A stretch of 60,489 bases of DNA from an uncultured virus (IMG/VR IMGVR_UViG_3300022241_000068) (lineage: Duplodnaviria > Heunggongvirae > Uroviricota > Caudoviricetes). The DNA is taken from the IMG/VR virus record IMGVR_UViG_3300022241_000068. The stretch is one strand, 5' to 3'. The translations under genes were made by a program, and so were the position numbers. The notes below the pieces were generated by a model. That model worked only from the letters and a program-made list of their open reading frames with translations, was not told the DNA's origin and did no database searches. The first letter of the stretch is position 1. Each line of letters starts with the position of its first letter. Of the stretch, positions 16,275 to 26,244 are shown piece after piece.

Positions 16275-18215
16275 ATGAAAATATACGATATTGAAACCTA
16301 TATAGATAGTACTGTAATAGTATTTAAAGAAGTAGGGGGAAAATTATATGATGTATTTGTGGATTCACATTTAGATTATACTAATTTAAAAATCCCTAAA
16401 TGTACCATACATCCTTTAAAGGAGGTAGGTAAATATGTAGAAAAAGACCCAAAATTAATAGGTTTTAATAATCAATATTTTGACAATCCTATTTTAGAAA
16501 AGATTATTAGAGGTATGAATAGCTCTGAGGATATTTACAAGTATTCTCAGAGCATTATTAAATCTAAAAACAGATTTTATCTGGATTTTAGAGATCATCA
16601 TTTACACTTCAAATATCTGGATTTATTAAAAATAAATCACTATGATAATCCTGCTAGAGCAACAAGTTTAAAAAAGTTAGAATTTAATTACAGAAAAAAG
16701 AGAATAGCAGATTTACCATTTGGACATGAAACTAAATTAACTAAACTAATTCAATTAGAAGATTTAATCAGATATTGCTGTTATGACGTAGATGTCACAG
16801 AAGACTGTTTTTTAAATACTAAAGAAGCCATATCTTTAAGGGAGACTTTATGTTCTATATATCCTGGAACCAATTTCATGAACTTTTCCAATAGTAAAAT
16901 TGGAGAAGAACTCAACTTAAGAGATTATTGTAATAGTACAGGAAGAACTCCTTCTGAAGTAAAAGAAAGTAAAAAAATAGATACTAATATTAAAATAGCG
17001 TTTAAAGACTGTATTCCAGAATTAGTAGAGTTTAAGACTGAACAATTACAAAATTTTCTTATAAGTTTGAAATCTAAAGTAGTACGTTCTACTAAAGAAT
17101 TTAAAGAAAAAATAGAATTTTATGGAACTATTTATACTTTTGGGCAGGGAGGTCTTCATTCAGAAGATCCTCCTAGAATATTTAGAAGTTCTGATAAAAT
17201 GATATTGAAAGACGCAGATATATCTGGTCAGTATCCAACAGAAATAATTAAAAGAGGTCTATACCCTAAACATTTATCTGTAGAATGGTCAAAAAATGCT
17301 GAAAAGAAATATTTAGAAAGGATTCATGTACATAAACCTAATAGTAAAACTGATCCTAAAGCTAAAGCTCAGTCTGATGCAATAAAAGAACAACTTAATG
17401 CAGGCTTATATGGCAAAACTAATTCTGAGTACTCTTGGCAATATGATCCTGTAGTTACAATGAAAACCACTCTAGGATGTCAAACTACAATGATGATGTT
17501 AATAGAAGATCTTGAACTAAGTGGTATACGTGTGCTATCTGTTAATACAGATGGTATAGTATGTTATTTTGAAAGATCTAAATTAGATACTTATTATGAC
17601 ATTTTAGAAAAATGGAAAGAAAAAGTTGGTAACAGTACTTTAGGAGATTTTGAATTTACAGATTATGAGTTATTAGCGCAACTATCAGTAAATGATTATA
17701 TAGCAAAATCTACTAAGGGAGATATTAAAAGGAAAGGTAGCTTTTTAACATATGAAGATATTAAATCTGGGATGTGGCATAAAGATGCTTCTGGAATGAT
17801 AATACCTACATCATTAGAAAAGTATTTTATAAATGGAATTCCTGTAGAAGAAACTATTAATAATTGCAATGACATTTTTGAGTTTTGTTATGGTTCTAAA
17901 AAACAAAAAGCAGCTAAAAAAGGTAATTTCAAATGGTTGATTTCAGAAACTCAAGATTCTGGTATAATTACTAGTTATTTAAGTGAAGATAGATTTATTA
18001 GATATTATATGGGAGGTAAAAGTACTATAAATAAATTATATGAAGATTGGGAAATTAAAAACCTTCCTACTAAAGGTAATCCTGTTACTGTAGCTCAATA
18101 TTTAAAAAGATCAGAAATAGTAAGACCAGGAGAAGTTATTAGTCCTTATAAGGATTTGAATAAAACATTTTATATACAAGAAGCTTTAGAAATCATAAAT
18201 CAAATAGAAAAATGA
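16275..18215 (+). CDS. polB: Family B DNA polymerase with 3'-5' exonuclease
   Basis: ExoI YDIET, ExoII GFNNQYFD, ExoIII YCCYDV; motif A DADISGQYP, motif B KEQLNAGLYGK, motif C NTDGI. Confidence 0.95.
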   Translation: MKIYDIETYIDSTVIVFKEVGGKLYDVFVDSHLDYTNLKIPKCTIHPLKEVGKYVEKDPKLIGFNNQYFDNPILEKIIRGMNSSEDIYKYSQSIIKSKNRFYLDFRDHHLHFKYLDLLKINHYDNPARATSLKKLEFNYRKKRIADLPFGHETKLTKLIQLEDLIRYCCYDVDVTEDCFLNTKEAISLRETLCSIYPGTNFMNFSNSKIGEELNLRDYCNSTGRTPSEVKESKKIDTNIKIAFKDCIPELVEFKTEQLQNFLISLKSKVVRSTKEFKEKIEFYGTIYTFGQGGLHSEDPPRIFRSSDKMILKDADISGQYPTEIIKRGLYPKHLSVEWSKNAEKKYLERIHVHKPNSKTDPKAKAQSDAIKEQLNAGLYGKTNSEYSWQYDPVVTMKTTLGCQTTMMMLIEDLELSGIRVLSVNTDGIVCYFERSKLDTYYDILEKWKEKVGNSTLGDFEFTDYELLAQLSVNDYIAKSTKGDIKRKGSFLTYEDIKSGMWHKDASGMIIPTSLEKYFINGIPVEETINNCNDIFEFCYGSKKQKAAKKGNFKWLISETQDSGIITSYLSEDRFIRYYMGGKSTINKLYEDWEIKNLPTKGNPVTVAQYLKRSEIVRPGEVISPYKDLNKTFYIQEALEIINQIEK

Positions 18216-18925
18216 AAAATATTCCAAAACAAGTGCTTACAATTGAAAACTTAATGTATGACATATCAAACTTTAAAGAGGATATAGATTGTATGAAAAA
18301 ATCAATTACAGAGATTAAACATGATATAAAATATAGATTAGAACAACTTAAAGAAGAGCAAAAGAGGATTCTAATTCGTAAATCAAAATGTAAAGAAAAC
18401 TTAAAAAAATTAAAAGATATTTCAAAACAATTTGATTTTTTTAAACATTTCCATAATTATGATATACAAGATCATTATTTATGTAAAATAGACAATAAAT
18501 ATTTTATAGGTAAAGTAATTCGTGATAATTTTTTAAATGTAAAGTTAATAGAATTTGAATATTCTGGTACAAAATTTCGTATTTTTAACAACACAAAATT
18601 AGATGAAATCATTTTTAAATTCTTAACAGCTAATGATCATTACAGTACTAACTTTATATTTTTAGGTATGGAATTTGTAATAAAATTTAGAACAAATTCG
18701 TATTATGCAAAATGTGTTACTGAAGAGCTTTATCTAGGAGATGGTGTTCAATATCTACATCATTCTGTTATAAAATACGTAAATTTGAAAGATTTGGATA
18801 TTGTATCAATTGATAATTTTGTAGAATTAGGAAACAGTAAAGATCCAGAATCTGTAGCTTTATTTAAAGAATTGTGTAAAAATTACATGAAAGAAAATGG
18901 AACTAGAAAGAATAGCAAAAATTGA
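18212..18925 (+). CDS. Coiled-coil protein, paralog of 18897, C-terminal SxD motif
   Basis: YLHHSVIKYVNLKDLDIVSIDNFVELGNSKDPESVALFKELC. Confidence 0.85.
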   Translation: MKNIPKQVLTIENLMYDISNFKEDIDCMKKSITEIKHDIKYRLEQLKEEQKRILIRKSKCKENLKKLKDISKQFDFFKHFHNYDIQDHYLCKIDNKYFIGKVIRDNFLNVKLIEFEYSGTKFRIFNNTKLDEIIFKFLTANDHYSTNFIFLGMEFVIKFRTNSYYAKCVTEELYLGDGVQYLHHSVIKYVNLKDLDIVSIDNFVELGNSKDPESVALFKELCKNYMKENGTRKNSKN

Positions 18926-19541
18926 AGCATTAATAAATGTTAAACATAATTTAGAATATAAAAAAACAAGTTATTCAAGAAATATTCTATATTATAATGA
19001 TAAAATTAAATCACTAGAAATAGATTTAGAACGAACAGAGAATGAACTATCCTCAATAGAAGATGATCTTGTAAAACAAGATTTATTGATTTCAAAATGG
19101 ACAAATTTAAAAAATCATAGTAAAAACTTTGTAAAATTTAATCTGGGAGATGAATATTTAATCAAATATCATCGTAGATATACTTTTACAAAAGTTGTCA
19201 AAGATGATGTACTAAATGTTAACACAATAAGGATTAGTAAAAGATTACTATTTGCAAATGAAAAATTAGATAATGAAATATATAAAAATTTAATAAGTAA
19301 ACCATATTCAAAAGGAGTTAAACTTTTTGGTATATCATATAGACTTGATGTAAAAAAAAATGAATTAGTTATTCAAGAGGCAGATCGTTATTCTAAATAT
19401 GTTCATCATTCTTATGTAAAATATATAAACTTAAAAGACCTAGATATTCCATCTATAGAAAACTTTAAGCAATTAGCAAAATCAAAAGATCCAGAAACAA
19501 AAGCCTTGTTTAGAGCATTATGTGAAAGTTATTTATCATGA
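18897..19541 (+). CDS. Coiled-coil protein, paralog of 18212, C-terminal SxD motif
   Basis: YVHHSYVKYINLKDLDIPSIENFKQLAKSKDPETKALFRALC. Confidence 0.85.
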   Translation: MELERIAKIEALINVKHNLEYKKTSYSRNILYYNDKIKSLEIDLERTENELSSIEDDLVKQDLLISKWTNLKNHSKNFVKFNLGDEYLIKYHRRYTFTKVVKDDVLNVNTIRISKRLLFANEKLDNEIYKNLISKPYSKGVKLFGISYRLDVKKNELVIQEADRYSKYVHHSYVKYINLKDLDIPSIENFKQLAKSKDPETKALFRALCESYLS

Positions 19542-19909
19542 TAATTATTTTTATATTTGTAAAATCCATAGATATACCAAAAATATATTGTATATTTGAT
19601 AACCCTAGTGGTGAAACAACGACTATAACAGTTTATCAAGAATATTCCACAAAAGATCTCTTCACTTTGAGTAAAATGACAGATTTTGAAAACAATATTG
19701 TTTGCACTTCTGTTGTTAAAGGAGCATTTGATAAAATTAAGTTAGATATAGAAATTGGTGATAATATAAAATTAATGAATATATATCAAATGCTATCATC
19801 CAATGATAAAAATGCTTCAGAATTAGGAATAATTACTTTAATAGAAGAACTTTTAAATTACCAGTTATGCAAAGAGAAGAAGAACAACAGCCAATTATTG
19901 ATGAAATAA
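19538..19909 (+). CDS. Hypothetical protein with C-terminal SxD motif
   Basis: IYQMLSSNDKNASELGIITL. Confidence 0.75.
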   Translation: MIIIFIFVKSIDIPKIYCIFDNPSGETTTITVYQEYSTKDLFTLSKMTDFENNIVCTSVVKGAFDKIKLDIEIGDNIKLMNIYQMLSSNDKNASELGIITLIEELLNYQLCKEKKNNSQLLMK

Positions 19910-21003
19910 TCAAACAAGATTATCATGGAATAATATATTTGCCCACAGGAACTGGTAAAACTAGAATTTTAATTGAAGCTTTAAAACAATCTTCATTTAA
20001 ATCTATTTTATGGGTTTGTGCCACAGAACAAGCTAGAGATGTTACACTAGAAAAAGAGTTTAAAATTTGGAAAGCTACAAAGTTGTTTAAGAAAGTTACT
20101 GCAATATGTTGGCAATCATTAGGTAAACATAAAGGTAAATATGATATTGTAATACTTGATGAAATACAAAGGATCACACCAAGAAATTCATTATATTTCA
20201 TAAACAATAATTGTAAAATTATTGGTGCAACAGGTTCAGAACCTAGAGAGCAAATAAAGCAAGACATTTTTAAACAATTAAATTTAGATGTAATCTGGAG
20301 ATTACACATAGACAATGCTATAGAAAAATCTTTAATAGCAGAATATTTCATTGATATTGTATATGTTGACATTGATCCAATAACTAAGTATGAAGTAAAA
20401 GGTAATAAGGGATCTTTTTATAAAACGGAAAAAGAAAGTTATAATTGGTATAGTTACAAAATAGAACAATTAAAAGATAAGGGTAATTATACAGATGCAA
20501 AAAAGCTACAACTATCAAGGGCAAGATTCATTTATAATTCAAAAACAAAACTCAGGGCATCGCAATTATTAATGAAAAAATTCTCAGATAATAGAGTTAT
20601 TTCATTTTCTAAATCTACTGATATAGCAAACATTCTTTCAAAGAATCCTTATCATTCTAAATTAAAAAAAGAAGATCGCAAACTCAATTATGATAAGTTC
20701 AATTCTAAAAAAGAAAATCATATATCAACAGTAGAAGCAGCTAATACTAGTCTAAATTTTACAGAAATAGAAATAGCATTTATACAACAGTTAGATTCTA
20801 ATCCTGGAAACTTTTTACAAAGGATTGGTAGAGCTCTTAGATTTAGAGAAAACTATACTGCAAAAATTGTACTCTTATGTTTAAGAGGTACTCAAGATGA
20901 AGTATGGGTCAATAGCTGTATTGAATCTCTGAACTCAGAAAAAATTAATATGTATAATTTTAAAGATTACATTCATGACAAAAGAATTAATACAGTTAAT
21001 TAA
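19867..21003 (+). CDS. Superfamily 2 (DEAD/DEAH-like) helicase
   Basis: LPTGTGKT, ILDEIQ, GATGS, QRIGRALR. Confidence 0.92.
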   Translation: MQREEEQQPIIDEIIKQDYHGIIYLPTGTGKTRILIEALKQSSFKSILWVCATEQARDVTLEKEFKIWKATKLFKKVTAICWQSLGKHKGKYDIVILDEIQRITPRNSLYFINNNCKIIGATGSEPREQIKQDIFKQLNLDVIWRLHIDNAIEKSLIAEYFIDIVYVDIDPITKYEVKGNKGSFYKTEKESYNWYSYKIEQLKDKGNYTDAKKLQLSRARFIYNSKTKLRASQLLMKKFSDNRVISFSKSTDIANILSKNPYHSKLKKEDRKLNYDKFNSKKENHISTVEAANTSLNFTEIEIAFIQQLDSNPGNFLQRIGRALRFRENYTAKIVLLCLRGTQDEVWVNSCIESLNSEKINMYNFKDYIHDKRINTVN

Positions 21004-21433
21004 ACTTATCCAGACACAAGTAGTTAGTATACTACTTGTGAATGGATATGTGGAATTGATAGACAAGCAAGGGAAGTATTTATTTAATAACATAAGAATA
21101 ACTACATCTGGTAAAACAACTATTAAAGAGACTAATCTTGTTACAGATTCAGAAGTTCAAACTTACATGAACTTATGGCCAAAAGGTTATAGATCTAATT
21201 TAAAAGCTGTAAAGGCTAAGATGGAGAGATTCATGTTAAATAATAAATGTACTTTAAAACAGATTATGCTAGCAGCAGAAACTTATATAAGAGATAAAGG
21301 TACTCCATATCATGGGAAAGCTGACTATTTCTTTTATAAGGAAGAAAATGGTGTAGAAACTTCTAGATGTGAAGAATATTTAGAAGATGAAAATTTTGAA
21401 GAAGAAATAGACTATAGAAGACAGGTGACATAA
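20975..21433 (+). CDS. Hypothetical replication-associated protein
   Basis: Between the two helicases, stop overlaps the DnaB-like start; function inferred from position only. Confidence 0.7.
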   Translation: MTKELIQLIKLIQTQVVSILLVNGYVELIDKQGKYLFNNIRITTSGKTTIKETNLVTDSEVQTYMNLWPKGYRSNLKAVKAKMERFMLNNKCTLKQIMLAAETYIRDKGTPYHGKADYFFYKEENGVETSRCEEYLEDENFEEEIDYRRQVT

Positions 21434-22512
21434 TGGGATTTGTAGAAAATTTAGATAAAGGTATAGAAAAGGGTCTAAAAGGACTCAATAAGGGGATACC
21501 AGGTGGATTACCAAGATTTGATAAGAAAATCTTTAATATCCAACCTGGAAAACAAGTTTCAATAGTAGGCGCACCAAAATCTGGGAAAACATACTTCATG
21601 TTATGGAGATATGTATTTAGACCTTGGATAGCAGGTGAGAGAAATATCAAATGGATTTTATATTCATTAGAAGTAGATTCTCAACAAGTGGCGGCAAGAT
21701 TAGCGGGTATGTTTATATATCATTATTATAAACGTAAAATTGATCCTAATAAACTATTAGGATTTGGGGAAGATCAGTTATCAGACGTAGAACAGGAAAT
21801 TTATAAAAAAGTCAGAGAAGAACATTTAGTACCTCTTCAAAAGCAATTGAAAATAATTGAAGATAAGAATGACAGTAATCCTACTGCTATATATAAAGCA
21901 GCATTAACATATGCATCAAAACATGGAACTTTTGAAGAAGAAGAATATTCTACTACTGATGAAAAAAATCAACCAATTAAAAAAAAGAGAAGAGTAGGTT
22001 ATACACCTAATGACCCAGATGAAAAAATCTTTATAATGATAGATACTCTGGGCTTAATGAAGAGAGAAAGAAATTTCTCTAAAAAAGAAAACATGGATAA
22101 ATGGTTAGATGAATATGCAATAGAGTTAAGAAATCTATTGAGATACACTATAATCAATTGCCATCATTTAAATAGAAACTTAAGTGCACCAGAAAGAAAG
22201 AAATTATCAGGAGAAGATTTACAACCAGAGCTGGAAGATATCAAAGATACTTCAGCAATAGGTGAATCTTCAGACATGGTAATTGGTATTTTTAATCCTA
22301 ACGTGCACGCAGAAATAAAGGTTCATCAAGGCTATCATGTTCCAAAATTTAATGGATATTATAGAAGTATTCACGTAATGGCTTCTAGGTATACTCCATC
22401 ACCAATAAATTCAGCTTTATTATTTGATTTTGAAACTGGTGCATGGCAAGAACTACCTCCGCCAACAGATACTACTGCTTTGGAACCATTTTATAAAATG
22501 TTAAATAGTTAA
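21433..22512 (+). CDS. DnaB-like (SF4) replicative helicase
   Basis: Walker A GAPKSGKT, YSLEV, IMIDTLGL, HLNR, DIKDTSAIGESSD. Confidence 0.9.
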   Translation: MGFVENLDKGIEKGLKGLNKGIPGGLPRFDKKIFNIQPGKQVSIVGAPKSGKTYFMLWRYVFRPWIAGERNIKWILYSLEVDSQQVAARLAGMFIYHYYKRKIDPNKLLGFGEDQLSDVEQEIYKKVREEHLVPLQKQLKIIEDKNDSNPTAIYKAALTYASKHGTFEEEEYSTTDEKNQPIKKKRRVGYTPNDPDEKIFIMIDTLGLMKRERNFSKKENMDKWLDEYAIELRNLLRYTIINCHHLNRNLSAPERKKLSGEDLQPELEDIKDTSAIGESSDMVIGIFNPNVHAEIKVHQGYHVPKFNGYYRSIHVMASRYTPSPINSALLFDFETGAWQELPPPTDTTALEPFYKMLNS

Positions 22513-22514
22513 AA

Positions 22515-23189
22515 ATGACAAAAATAAGATCAGTTTGCATAGATACTTTGACTGCTTTACAGATAGCAGAATATATGAGAGAAAGTAAAAAACCTAACCA
22601 CGACAAATGGATGGATTATGGAAAGTCTATATATAATTTTATAGATGATCTTCAAGCTTTAGGTTTTGAATCAATTTTAATACTTGGAGAACCTGGTACA
22701 GGTAAAAGTTCTGGAATGAGGACTTTACTACCAAATACTAATATTTGGTATAATGCAGATAATAAAAATCCTGTATGGGCAGGAGGAACTGCAGAATATG
22801 GTAAGAAGACAAATCCTAGAAATAATTACCATATTATCCCTAAAAGTTATGAAGAAATTATATCTCATATCTCTGGAGGAATAAAAGCAGGTGTTTTTGA
22901 AGAAGAAAGATTTGCATTTCTTACAGGCCATGTAGAAACATTTAGGTCTGGTACTGAAAACAAAGAAAGACTGAAATTACTAGGTAATGTGGCTACTAAA
23001 ATGCAGTTAGAAGGACGCTTAGAGACAGTAATGTACTCAAAAGTAGAAAAAGAGGATGGTAAAATTAAGTATTTACTAGAGAGCCAAAATAATGGTTATA
23101 ATACAGCAAGAAGCCCTATGAATGTATTTGAACCAACAATAGAGAATGATTATCAACATATAATAGATAAGCTGTTAGCAGGTTTTTAA
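22515..23189 (+). CDS. AAA_24/Sak4-like P-loop ATPase with permuted motif order
   Basis: ILGEPGTGKSS; Walker-B-like VCIDTL at the extreme N-terminus; C-terminal NTARSPM...IEND. Confidence 0.8.
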   Translation: MTKIRSVCIDTLTALQIAEYMRESKKPNHDKWMDYGKSIYNFIDDLQALGFESILILGEPGTGKSSGMRTLLPNTNIWYNADNKNPVWAGGTAEYGKKTNPRNNYHIIPKSYEEIISHISGGIKAGVFEEERFAFLTGHVETFRSGTENKERLKLLGNVATKMQLEGRLETVMYSKVEKEDGKIKYLLESQNNGYNTARSPMNVFEPTIENDYQHIIDKLLAGF

Positions 23190-23234
23190 CAAAAGATTAA
23201 CAAATAATAATTAGAGATAGTTAATTTTTATTTG

Positions 23235-23242
23235 TATATTTG
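23235..23242 (+). promoter_or_regulatory. Candidate Bacteroidota-type -7 promoter element
   Basis: TATATTTG (TAnnTTTG) in an 84-nt spacer, about 30 nt upstream of ATG 23274. Confidence 0.5.
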
Positions 23243-23273
23243 TATTATTGTTTAACAACTAAATTAAGTAAAG

Positions 23274-23879
23274 ATGAGTATGTACGGTTTATCAAATGTT
23301 GAGTCTAATAGAACTCCATTTCCTCTCTCAAACGGTGTAACTAACGTAGAATTAAAATCTTGTTCATATGTGGATGGTGGAAGCTGGGAAGCTATAGATT
23401 TTGTTTATGGGAGGACTACTGATGAAGGAGAGAGTATTTTAAAGGACAGGATGTTTGCCATAAATGAGGCAAATATTTCTCCAAGTTCATTTGTAGAAAA
23501 TGACACTAAGGAAGCTGCTATAGATAGGGAAGCTAAAAGGTTAAATACCAGGCTTAAGCACATTGCTACAAAGTTCAGTATTAGCCCTAACACCTTATTA
23601 TCTATTACTGGTAAAAATTTTAGAGAATATGCGGAAGCATACTGTAAAATTGTAAACGCACATTGTAAAGGAGTAAAACTTTACTGTAAAACAGTAAAAG
23701 ATGCTTCTGGATATGTGAAAGTAGCTAAATACCCTAATTTTTTACAAAGGATGGATTCTGGAGAGTGTGAATTAAAATACACAGAGAGGGAGTTAGCAGC
23801 TAATGTATCTAATAGCCCTACAAATGGTGCTGTTAGAGAAACTAGGAGTGTAGATTCTGCAGATTCGTGGACTAAATAA
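23274..23879 (+). CDS. Putative single-stranded DNA-binding protein
   Basis: Follows the Sak4-like ATPase; beta-rich core, low-complexity tail ending DSADSWTK; own promoter candidate and terminator. Assignment mainly from context. Confidence 0.55.
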   Translation: MSMYGLSNVESNRTPFPLSNGVTNVELKSCSYVDGGSWEAIDFVYGRTTDEGESILKDRMFAINEANISPSSFVENDTKEAAIDREAKRLNTRLKHIATKFSISPNTLLSITGKNFREYAEAYCKIVNAHCKGVKLYCKTVKDASGYVKVAKYPNFLQRMDSGECELKYTERELAANVSNSPTNGAVRETRSVDSADSWTK

Positions 23880-23905
23880 GTAAGATAATTTAGTTTGTTT
23901 TATTT

Positions 23906-23940
23906 GAGAGAGAGGTAGGAAACTACCTCTCTCTTTTTTT
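23906..23940 (+). terminator. Rho-independent terminator
   Basis: GAGAGAGGTAG-GAAA-CTACCTCTCTC followed by T7. Confidence 0.9.
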
Positions 23941-23957
23941 ACCTAAAATTGAATAAA

Positions 23958-24260
23958 ATGATACAAAAAACGGAACAAGTATACAAAACTCTAATTGTAA
24001 AATTAGGAGATAGTTTAAAACTGATAAGATGCGATGATTTCTTACAAAAAGAAAAGGAATATAAGGATATACCATTTCCTCCAGAAATAACTGATGAAGT
24101 TCATTTAAATTGGTTAGAAAATAACTCCCCAATATTAAATATCAGAAGAAGTTTCTATGATATGATAGATTCTGAAGATGAGGATACTCAAAATGTAGCA
24201 AAAGATTGTATTCACGGTATGCTTAAACAACATTTAACAGATTATGTATTCAATATCTAA
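23958..24260 (+). CDS. Hypothetical protein with C-terminal SxD motif
   Basis: FYDMIDSEDEDTQNVAKDCI. Confidence 0.75.
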   Translation: MIQKTEQVYKTLIVKLGDSLKLIRCDDFLQKEKEYKDIPFPPEITDEVHLNWLENNSPILNIRRSFYDMIDSEDEDTQNVAKDCIHGMLKQHLTDYVFNI

Positions 24261-25218
24261 TTCACAAATTACTGATCTAAAAGATCTAAATACTTTCATA
24301 TCTGATGAAGAAATATTATTAAAATATTTTGGAGAATATGAACTTGACAAACATTATCTATGCCCATTTGTGGAAGAAACTGTACCATCCTTTATTATAT
24401 CTTATTATAATAACAGGTTAGTATGGAGAAGATTTGGTTTATATGATAGACCTATGAGCGCAATAGATTTTGTCATGGTAAAGTTCAATTTAAGTTTTAA
24501 AGACGCTATAAATAAATGTTTTAAAGAAATTAATGTAGATAATACTGAAATTTTAAAGACTATTACTATACCTGTAGAAACTTCTAAGACATGTGGTATA
24601 AATTATGTAGAAGATTGGTATCCTTGGGAACTAGATTATTGGAAAGATTATCATTTTGATAAAAAAATATTAAAAAAATACGAAATATATCCTTGTACAG
24701 GATATTGGATAAATCAATTTAGGTGGCATTATTCTAAAAAGAATGATCCTTTATTTGTATATATGCATGGATTAAATTCCTGGACAGGTTATAGACCCTT
24801 AGCCAAAAATAAGTTAGATAAATTTAGGAAACATAATATTAAAAATCACATTATGGGAATGGAAAATCTTCCTAACGAGGGAGATTTGCTTTTCATTACA
24901 AAATCTTATAAAGATTTGATAACTTTAAATTTAATAGGTTTAAATGCTATTGCAGTACATACTGAAAGAGTTTACATAGATCATAATATTATTACCAACT
25001 TAAAAAAACGCTTTAAACACATATATGTGGTATTTGATAATGATAAGACAGGTATTGATGCAAGTATGTTTTTTACTAAGGAATATGGGTTAAATTATTA
25101 TAACATTCCTTCAAATTGTATAGGATGTAAAGACCCTGCTGATCTAAGTAAAATCCAAGGATTAGATGCATTAGAGAAATCTATTAAAGAAAAATTAAAA
25201 AGAGATAATATATTATGA
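24244..25218 (+). CDS. DNA primase (TOPRIM, crAss-type DnaG-like)
   Basis: Degenerate N-terminal CPF...PSF domain, LFITKSYKD, VVFDNDKTG, KDPAD. Confidence 0.88.
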   Translation: MYSISNSQITDLKDLNTFISDEEILLKYFGEYELDKHYLCPFVEETVPSFIISYYNNRLVWRRFGLYDRPMSAIDFVMVKFNLSFKDAINKCFKEINVDNTEILKTITIPVETSKTCGINYVEDWYPWELDYWKDYHFDKKILKKYEIYPCTGYWINQFRWHYSKKNDPLFVYMHGLNSWTGYRPLAKNKLDKFRKHNIKNHIMGMENLPNEGDLLFITKSYKDLITLNLIGLNAIAVHTERVYIDHNIITNLKKRFKHIYVVFDNDKTGIDASMFFTKEYGLNYYNIPSNCIGCKDPADLSKIQGLDALEKSIKEKLKRDNIL

Positions 25219-25607
25219 AAATATTAAAAAATTCAGATATAAAGAAATTAGAAATTAAAGATGCTTTATTAACTGATGTGTATTTTATTAGAGGACAATC
25301 TAGAACTAGATTCTTAGGTATATTAGGTCAAGTTAATAGATCATATTCGTTAAAGGGTATAGGATATATGCATCTGAATAATACTTATGAATTTTATGAT
25401 AATATAGATATAGTAAATCACATGAAATTACGTTGTTTTTTAAATTTATCAAAAGTACAACGAGAAGGTGTTTTACCCTATAAAGATATTCAAGAACTTA
25501 TATCAATGTATACTTCACCAGATCAAGGTATAAGAGATGTATTGGAAGAATGCTTAATTCAAATTTTCAGAGAAAAATATAAAGGTAGATATGATTTCAT
25601 ATACTAG
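25215..25607 (+). CDS. Hypothetical protein with C-terminal SxD motif
   Basis: LISMYTSPDQGIRDVLEECL. Confidence 0.75.
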   Translation: MKILKNSDIKKLEIKDALLTDVYFIRGQSRTRFLGILGQVNRSYSLKGIGYMHLNNTYEFYDNIDIVNHMKLRCFLNLSKVQREGVLPYKDIQELISMYTSPDQGIRDVLEECLIQIFREKYKGRYDFIY

Positions 25608-26244
25608 TTTATTACAAAAATGGTATCCGTATTTTGTAAAATGGAAAATGTTAGGAATATTAGATGATGTAATAGATAGATTAAATATCTTATATAAAGA
25701 TTGTACAGTATATCCTGAAAAACAAAAAGTGTTTAGAATATTTCAAGAAATTCCTCCTGAAAATGTTAAAGTAGTATTTTTAGGTCAAGATCCTTATCCA
25801 GGATACTACAAAGGATCTCCTTCAGCATGTGGGAGAGCTTTTGCTACTGAAAATGGATATTTAAATCCCAGCTTAAAAAATATGTTTAAAGAACTTGCTG
25901 ATGATGTAGGTGTTAATTTAAATATTCCAATGGATTATTCATTACAAACTTGGGTAGATAGTGGAGTATTTCTTTTAAATACAGCCTTAACTGTAGAAAT
26001 GGGTATGCCAGGAGCACATTTAAAACTTTGGGAAAACTTTTCAAAAGAATTTATAACGAATTTTTCAAAAGATTTTAATGTAGTTTGGGTATTATTAGGA
26101 GGGAAAGCTCAACAATGGGATAAGTATATTTTAAACGGAGAAGTTATTACCGCTGCTCATCCTTCACCTTTAGCTGGAGGTAAATTCTTTGGGTCTAAAA
26201 TATTTTCAAAAATAAACAATTTTAAAGAAATAAAATGGCAATAA
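25591..26244 (+). CDS. ung: Uracil-DNA glycosylase, family 1
   Basis: GQDPY, PSLKNM, GVFLLNTALTV, AHPSPL. Confidence 0.95.
   Translation: MISYTSLLQKWYPYFVKWKMLGILDDVIDRLNILYKDCTVYPEKQKVFRIFQEIPPENVKVVFLGQDPYPGYYKGSPSACGRAFATENGYLNPSLKNMFKELADDVGVNLNIPMDYSLQTWVDSGVFLLNTALTVEMGMPGAHLKLWENFSKEFITNFSKDFNVVWVLLGGKAQQWDKYILNGEVITAAHPSPLAGGKFFGSKIFSKINNFKEIKWQ

Noticed and set aside
16275..25218. Inteins or group I introns in polB, helicases or primase
   Set aside because: Genes are uninterrupted and compact; no intein terminal motifs or LAGLIDADG segments seen.
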